From positions 1 through 37,906 of IMG/VR virus record IMGVR_UViG_3300045988_117186: DNA of 37,906 bases. The stretch is one strand, 5' to 3'. Source of the stretch: a virus. The notes beneath the pieces are model-generated. The model searched no databases. It worked only from the letters and a program-made list of their open reading frames with translations, and was not told where the DNA came from. A program made the position numbers and the translations under genes. Of the stretch, positions 34,614-37,906 are shown piece by piece (positions within the stretch are counted from its first letter, which is position 1; each line of letters starts with the position of its first letter).

Positions 34614-34645
34614 GAAAGTATAAATTAAATCAAGGAGGTGCAAGA

Positions 34646-34888
34646 ATGAACTTGATGAATTTAAAAATATACAGAAATGTATATGGTTACACTCAAGAAG
34701 ATTTAGCAAAAGTATTAGGAGTAACTAAAACAAGTTATGCAAATAAAGAAACAGGAAGGAGAAAAATAACATTAACCGAAGCTAAGACGATGGCTGATTT
34801 ATTTGACGTCAGCATAGAAGAACTTTTTTTTAGCCACGAAGTCCACATAAAGGATACTCAATCAAGAAAAGTATGCAGTAATTTATAA
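34646..34888 (+). CDS. Cro-like XRE-family HTH regulator
   Basis: YGYTQEDLAKVLGVTKTSYANKETGRRK is an HTH_3 motif. It is the first gene of the rightward early operon. SD aaggagg. Confidence 0.8.
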   Translation: MNLMNLKIYRNVYGYTQEDLAKVLGVTKTSYANKETGRRKITLTEAKTMADLFDVSIEELFFSHEVHIKDTQSRKVCSNL

Positions 34889-34904
34889 TCAAGGGGGAAA
34901 TAAC

Positions 34905-35675
34905 ATGGATTACATAAAAGAAATGAATAACTTAGTAGCAAGTATAGAAGTGAAAGAATACGAAGGACAACCAGTAGTTAGTAGCAGAGAGGTTGCTACT
35001 AATTTCAACAAAAGACATTCAGATGTATTGAAAACTATAGAAGATAAAATAGAGGTTAACGGAATTTTGCGCTCACCTAAATATTTCATTAAAACTACTT
35101 ATACTGATAAATCAAACAGACAATCAAAAGAATATCTTATGACTAGAGATGGATTTTCATTTTTAGTAATGGGCTTTACTGGAGCTAAAGCAGATGAATG
35201 GAAACTTAAATATATAGAAGCATTCAACAAAATGGAAGAAAAAATAAAAAACATAAATCCGTATGCTGGGATGAGTAAAGAATTACAAGCAATATTTGCA
35301 ATAGATAAAAAACAGCAGCAAATAGAGCAAGATGTAAAAACAGTTACAGAAGATCTAAAAGATTTTAAAAATAATGCACCATTATTTAGCATAGAGTGTG
35401 AAACCTTGCAGAAAGCATTAAGAGGTAAAGTGATAAAAGAAATGGGTGGTAAAAATGCTCTAGCTTATAAAGATAAATCTATTAGAACAAAGATGTATAT
35501 AGATGCACAGAATCAGTTAAAAAGAGAGTTTGATGTATTAAGTTATAAAGCTATAAAACGTTGCCAGTTAGACGATGCTTTAAAAGTTATAGAAGCCTAT
35601 AAGCCACCAACTGTTTACAAGGAAGTTATAGACGCAGTTAACAGACAAATGTTATTAGAAGATACAATTTTATAA
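34905..35675 (+). CDS. Rha-family phage regulatory protein / antirepressor (with ORF6C-like C-domain)
   Basis: VVSSREVATNFNKRHSDVLKTIE..EYLMTRDGFSFLVMGFTGAKADEWKLKYIEAFNKME is the Phage_pRha pattern. Confidence 0.8.
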   Translation: MDYIKEMNNLVASIEVKEYEGQPVVSSREVATNFNKRHSDVLKTIEDKIEVNGILRSPKYFIKTTYTDKSNRQSKEYLMTRDGFSFLVMGFTGAKADEWKLKYIEAFNKMEEKIKNINPYAGMSKELQAIFAIDKKQQQIEQDVKTVTEDLKDFKNNAPLFSIECETLQKALRGKVIKEMGGKNALAYKDKSIRTKMYIDAQNQLKREFDVLSYKAIKRCQLDDALKVIEAYKPPTVYKEVIDAVNRQMLLEDTIL

Positions 35676-35694
35676 TACAAAGGGGGTAATCATT

Positions 35695-35898
35695 ATGGCA
35701 GTATACAAAAAAACAGAACATTTCTTTAGAAAAGAGGTTGAAGAAGTAGCAGATATATTAAGAAACAGAGGATACAAAGAAGAGTGGAGCATCATAACTC
35801 CATTTCAATTAGAGATAAAAATGTATCACAAATTGAAAAATAAATTTGCGATGTTGAGAAAACAAGGTAACAACACAGTAGTTGATTATAGCAGATAG
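35695..35898 (+). CDS. Hypothetical early protein (67 aa)
   Basis: ORF with SD aaggggg. Confidence 0.55.
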   Translation: MAVYKKTEHFFRKEVEEVADILRNRGYKEEWSIITPFQLEIKMYHKLKNKFAMLRKQGNNTVVDYSR

Positions 35899-35910
35899 GA
35901 GGGAGGTAAG

Positions 35911-35991
35911 ATGGCAAAATACATAGCAGTAAGTATAGTTTTTTCAGTAGGCTTTTTCCTAGGAGCATGGTGGAAAAGTATACACGAATAG
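35911..35991 (+). CDS. Small single-TM peptide (26 aa), not in the ORF track
   Basis: SD aggagggagg lies upstream. Translation MAKYIAVSIVFSVGFFLGAWWKSIHE*. Confidence 0.45.
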   Translation: MAKYIAVSIVFSVGFFLGAWWKSIHE

Positions 35992-36030
35992 GACAAATTT
36001 TAGGTAACATATTTTATTAGGGGGTGCAAT

Positions 36031-36213
36031 ATGAAAGAAAAAATATATCAAAATGGAGGGGTTAAGATAACTGTAAAAAGTCCATTAACACCTTCTAGAG
36101 AGAACTTAGAAGCAGTCTACAACGTATGCAACAAGTTATTTAAAGACAGAAAAGACGAAGAAATATTTTATCAACTAGGGGAATGTAAAAGAAGAAATAT
36201 GAAAGCTGTATAA
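36031..36213 (+). CDS. Hypothetical early protein (60 aa)
   Basis: ORF with SD agggggtg. Confidence 0.5.
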   Translation: MKEKIYQNGGVKITVKSPLTPSRENLEAVYNVCNKLFKDRKDEEIFYQLGECKRRNMKAV

Positions 36214-36228
36214 AGGAGGGAATAACAA

Positions 36229-36504
36229 ATGACAAATCAAGAGTTCAGAGTAAAAGCTTTAGGACTATTCGCTAAGGCAGAATACATCAACGATAATCTA
36301 GAATTTGCAAAAATAGGAATGGACCTATCTTTACAAGTTAACAAAGGTGAAAGCGATTATGCTTTAACAATTTCAATCGAAGAATACAACAAAAAAGTAC
36401 ATTATATAGTGCTTACAAGCGCTGGTTATAATGTAGCAACAAATCTACACGACATTTCAGACTTGCTAGACAACTATATCGAAGGAATCAAGGAGGTGAT
36501 ATAA
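36229..36504 (+). CDS. Hypothetical early protein (91 aa)
   Basis: ORF with SD aaggaggg. Confidence 0.55.
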   Translation: MTNQEFRVKALGLFAKAEYINDNLEFAKIGMDLSLQVNKGESDYALTISIEEYNKKVHYIVLTSAGYNVATNLHDISDLLDNYIEGIKEVI

Positions 36505-36705
36505 ATGACAATGATATGCACACCAGAATACCTAGATAGAGCAGCAAAAGAAAATCCAGATATGACTTTTCTTGAATACATGGCAATGTTACAAGTTAGA
36601 AGAATAACAGAAGCACAAGAAGAAATGACATTAGAAGATGTAAAAGAATTTGCACAAATGGAACAAGATTACCGAGACTTAGTTTACGATATGACACACC
36701 AATAA
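36505..36705 (+). CDS. Hypothetical early protein (66 aa)
   Basis: ORF abutting the upstream stop codon, with SD aaggaggtg. Confidence 0.55.
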   Translation: MTMICTPEYLDRAAKENPDMTFLEYMAMLQVRRITEAQEEMTLEDVKEFAQMEQDYRDLVYDMTHQ

Positions 36706-36806
36706 AAATTCAATAAAAAATAAGCTCTCTAGAGTACCAGTCTAGGGAGCTAACATAACCATACATATTATAAAGTACTTATATTATATCACGAAAGGGG
36801 ATAAAT

Positions 36807-37103
36807 ATGAAGTTTAATTTACAAGCAGAGGGAGTTAAACAATCTGATATAAAGACATTAGAGCAAAGACTATTCCTAGTTAGACTATACAGAAATACTA
36901 GTGACCCAGAAGGTAGATTAGGATTTATCGAAGGAGCAGAATTTGCTCTAAATAATAGAAAAGAAATGACTATAGGAGATTTTAAAAGACATTACATAAA
37001 AACATATGAAAAAATAGGACAAGTAAAACATGACAGTTATGAAAGCAGTTTATTATATGCTTTACGACTTAATATAGAAGAATTAGAAAAGGAAGGTGAA
37101 TAA
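36807..37103 (+). CDS. Hypothetical early protein (98 aa) upstream of recT
   Basis: ORF with SD aaagggg. Its stop lies 1 nt before the recT ATG. Confidence 0.55.
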   Translation: MKFNLQAEGVKQSDIKTLEQRLFLVRLYRNTSDPEGRLGFIEGAEFALNNRKEMTIGDFKRHYIKTYEKIGQVKHDSYESSLLYALRLNIEELEKEGE

Positions 37104-37104
37104 C

Positions 37105-37906
37105 ATGACTAAAGCAGTACAAGCAAATGATAATGCATTAGCATTAGCTAGTTTTACATTAGAAGGTGGACAAGTTTTAAATGCTGATACAGTTAGAAAT
37201 TATTTAGTAAGAGGAAATGGGAATGTAACAGATCAAGAAGTTTTATTTTTCTTGGAGTTATGCAAATCAAGACATTTAAATCCATTGCAAAACGATGCTT
37301 ATATAATTAAATTCGGAAGTCAACCAGCTAACATAATAGTTGGGAAAGATGTGTTTGTTAAAAGAGCAGACCAACATCCGCAATTCGAGGGAATGAGAGC
37401 AGGAATATTAGTAGAAAGAAATAACGAAATGATAGAAATAGAAGGAACTGCAAAACTAAAAAAAGACATAATAGTTGGTGGCTGGTGTGAAGTATATAGA
37501 AAAGATAGAAAGATGCCTATCAAGTCTACAGTAGCTTTTGAAGAATATTCAAAAGGACAAGCTACATGGAAACAAATGCCTGGAGTTATGATAAGAAAAT
37601 GTGCTATGGTATCAGCCTTAAGAGAGGCATTTCCAACAGATTTTCAAGGTATGTATGATAGCGCAGAAATACAAAGTGTACCTGATAAATTACCAACTAA
37701 AGAAGTAGTTATTGGTAAAGCAACAAGTGAACAAAAGAGAAAATTATTAGCAATGGCAGAAATAAAAGATCTATATAACCATGAAGATGCCAAGAACACA
37801 AAAGAATTAGAATACTTCTGCAACAGTAATGGATACGATTTAAAAGATTTAAAGTTTGAAGAAGTAGATGAACTTTTACAACTTATAACAGATTATGAAC
37901 CAGTCC
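37105..37906 (+). CDS. recT: RecT-family single-strand annealing recombinase (5' part; continues at nt 1..141)
   Basis: ATG at 37105 with SD aaggaagg. There is no stop before the window end. FFLELCKSRHLNPLQNDAYIIKFGSQPANIIVGKDVFVKRADQHPQFEG is the RecT core pattern. Confidence 0.85.
   Translation, partial: MTKAVQANDNALALASFTLEGGQVLNADTVRNYLVRGNGNVTDQEVLFFLELCKSRHLNPLQNDAYIIKFGSQPANIIVGKDVFVKRADQHPQFEGMRAGILVERNNEMIEIEGTAKLKKDIIVGGWCEVYRKDRKMPIKSTVAFEEYSKGQATWKQMPGVMIRKCAMVSALREAFPTDFQGMYDSAEIQSVPDKLPTKEVVIGKATSEQKRKLLAMAEIKDLYNHEDAKNTKELEYFCNSNGYDLKDLKFEEVDELLQLITDYEPV
37852..37906. repeat. Terminal 55-nt identity, right copy (equals 1..55)
   Basis: Same 55-mer as nt 1-55, compared base by base. 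Confidence 0.95.

Larger units (their letters stand above)
1..37906. mobile_element. Complete temperate siphovirus-like phage genome on a circularly closing (permuted) contig
   Basis: All modules are present in canonical order: lysogeny, recombination/replication, packaging, head, tail, lysis. There are no host flanking genes. The first 55 nt equal the last 55 nt. Confidence 0.85.

Noticed and set aside
36723-36751. Hairpin AGCTCTCTAG-N9-CTAGGGAGCT as a plus-strand terminator after the 66-aa early ORF
   Set aside because: No T-run follows it on the plus strand; the T-run exists only on the minus strand, where there is no gene to terminate. Its function is unclear, so I did not call it.

Overview
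The window is an essentially complete ~37.85-kb genome of a temperate, siphovirus-type phage. The host is probably a low-GC Firmicute (visibly AT-rich, Clostridium-like; GC not computed). It was recovered as a circularly closing contig: nt 1-55 are identical to nt 37852-37906, and a RecT-family ORF runs through the junction. Almost all genes are on the + strand, in this order. Early region: RecT; a replisome organizer/DnaD with an iteron-like array inside the gene; small early ORFs; an antisense RHH + GIY-YIG::RHH cassette; an HNH homing endonuclease; a VRR-NUC nuclease; a phage sigma factor; two small proteins that both end in SY(K/E)QLSFF; a DUF1492/ArpU-like regulator; a divergent ThyX-like protein; a terminator-bounded membrane-protein moron; and a ~590-nt ORF-free region full of GC-rich hairpins. 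Structural region: terS/terL, portal, MuF-like head protein, a DUF4406 insertion, scaffold, capsid, connectors, major tail protein, chaperones, tape measure, Dit, a 1843-aa Tal with several cell-wall hydrolase modules, and a 1016-aa BppU/GH16 receptor-binding protein. These are followed by a single-gene moron and an XhlA-holin-amidase lysis cassette. The minus strand then carries a large serine integrase, a small-TM/lipoprotein operon and a cI-like repressor, which faces a Cro-like/Rha early operon. I saw no rRNA, canonical tRNA or CRISPR array. All functional calls come from my reading of motifs in the supplied translations and of the DNA; no database search or folding computation was run.
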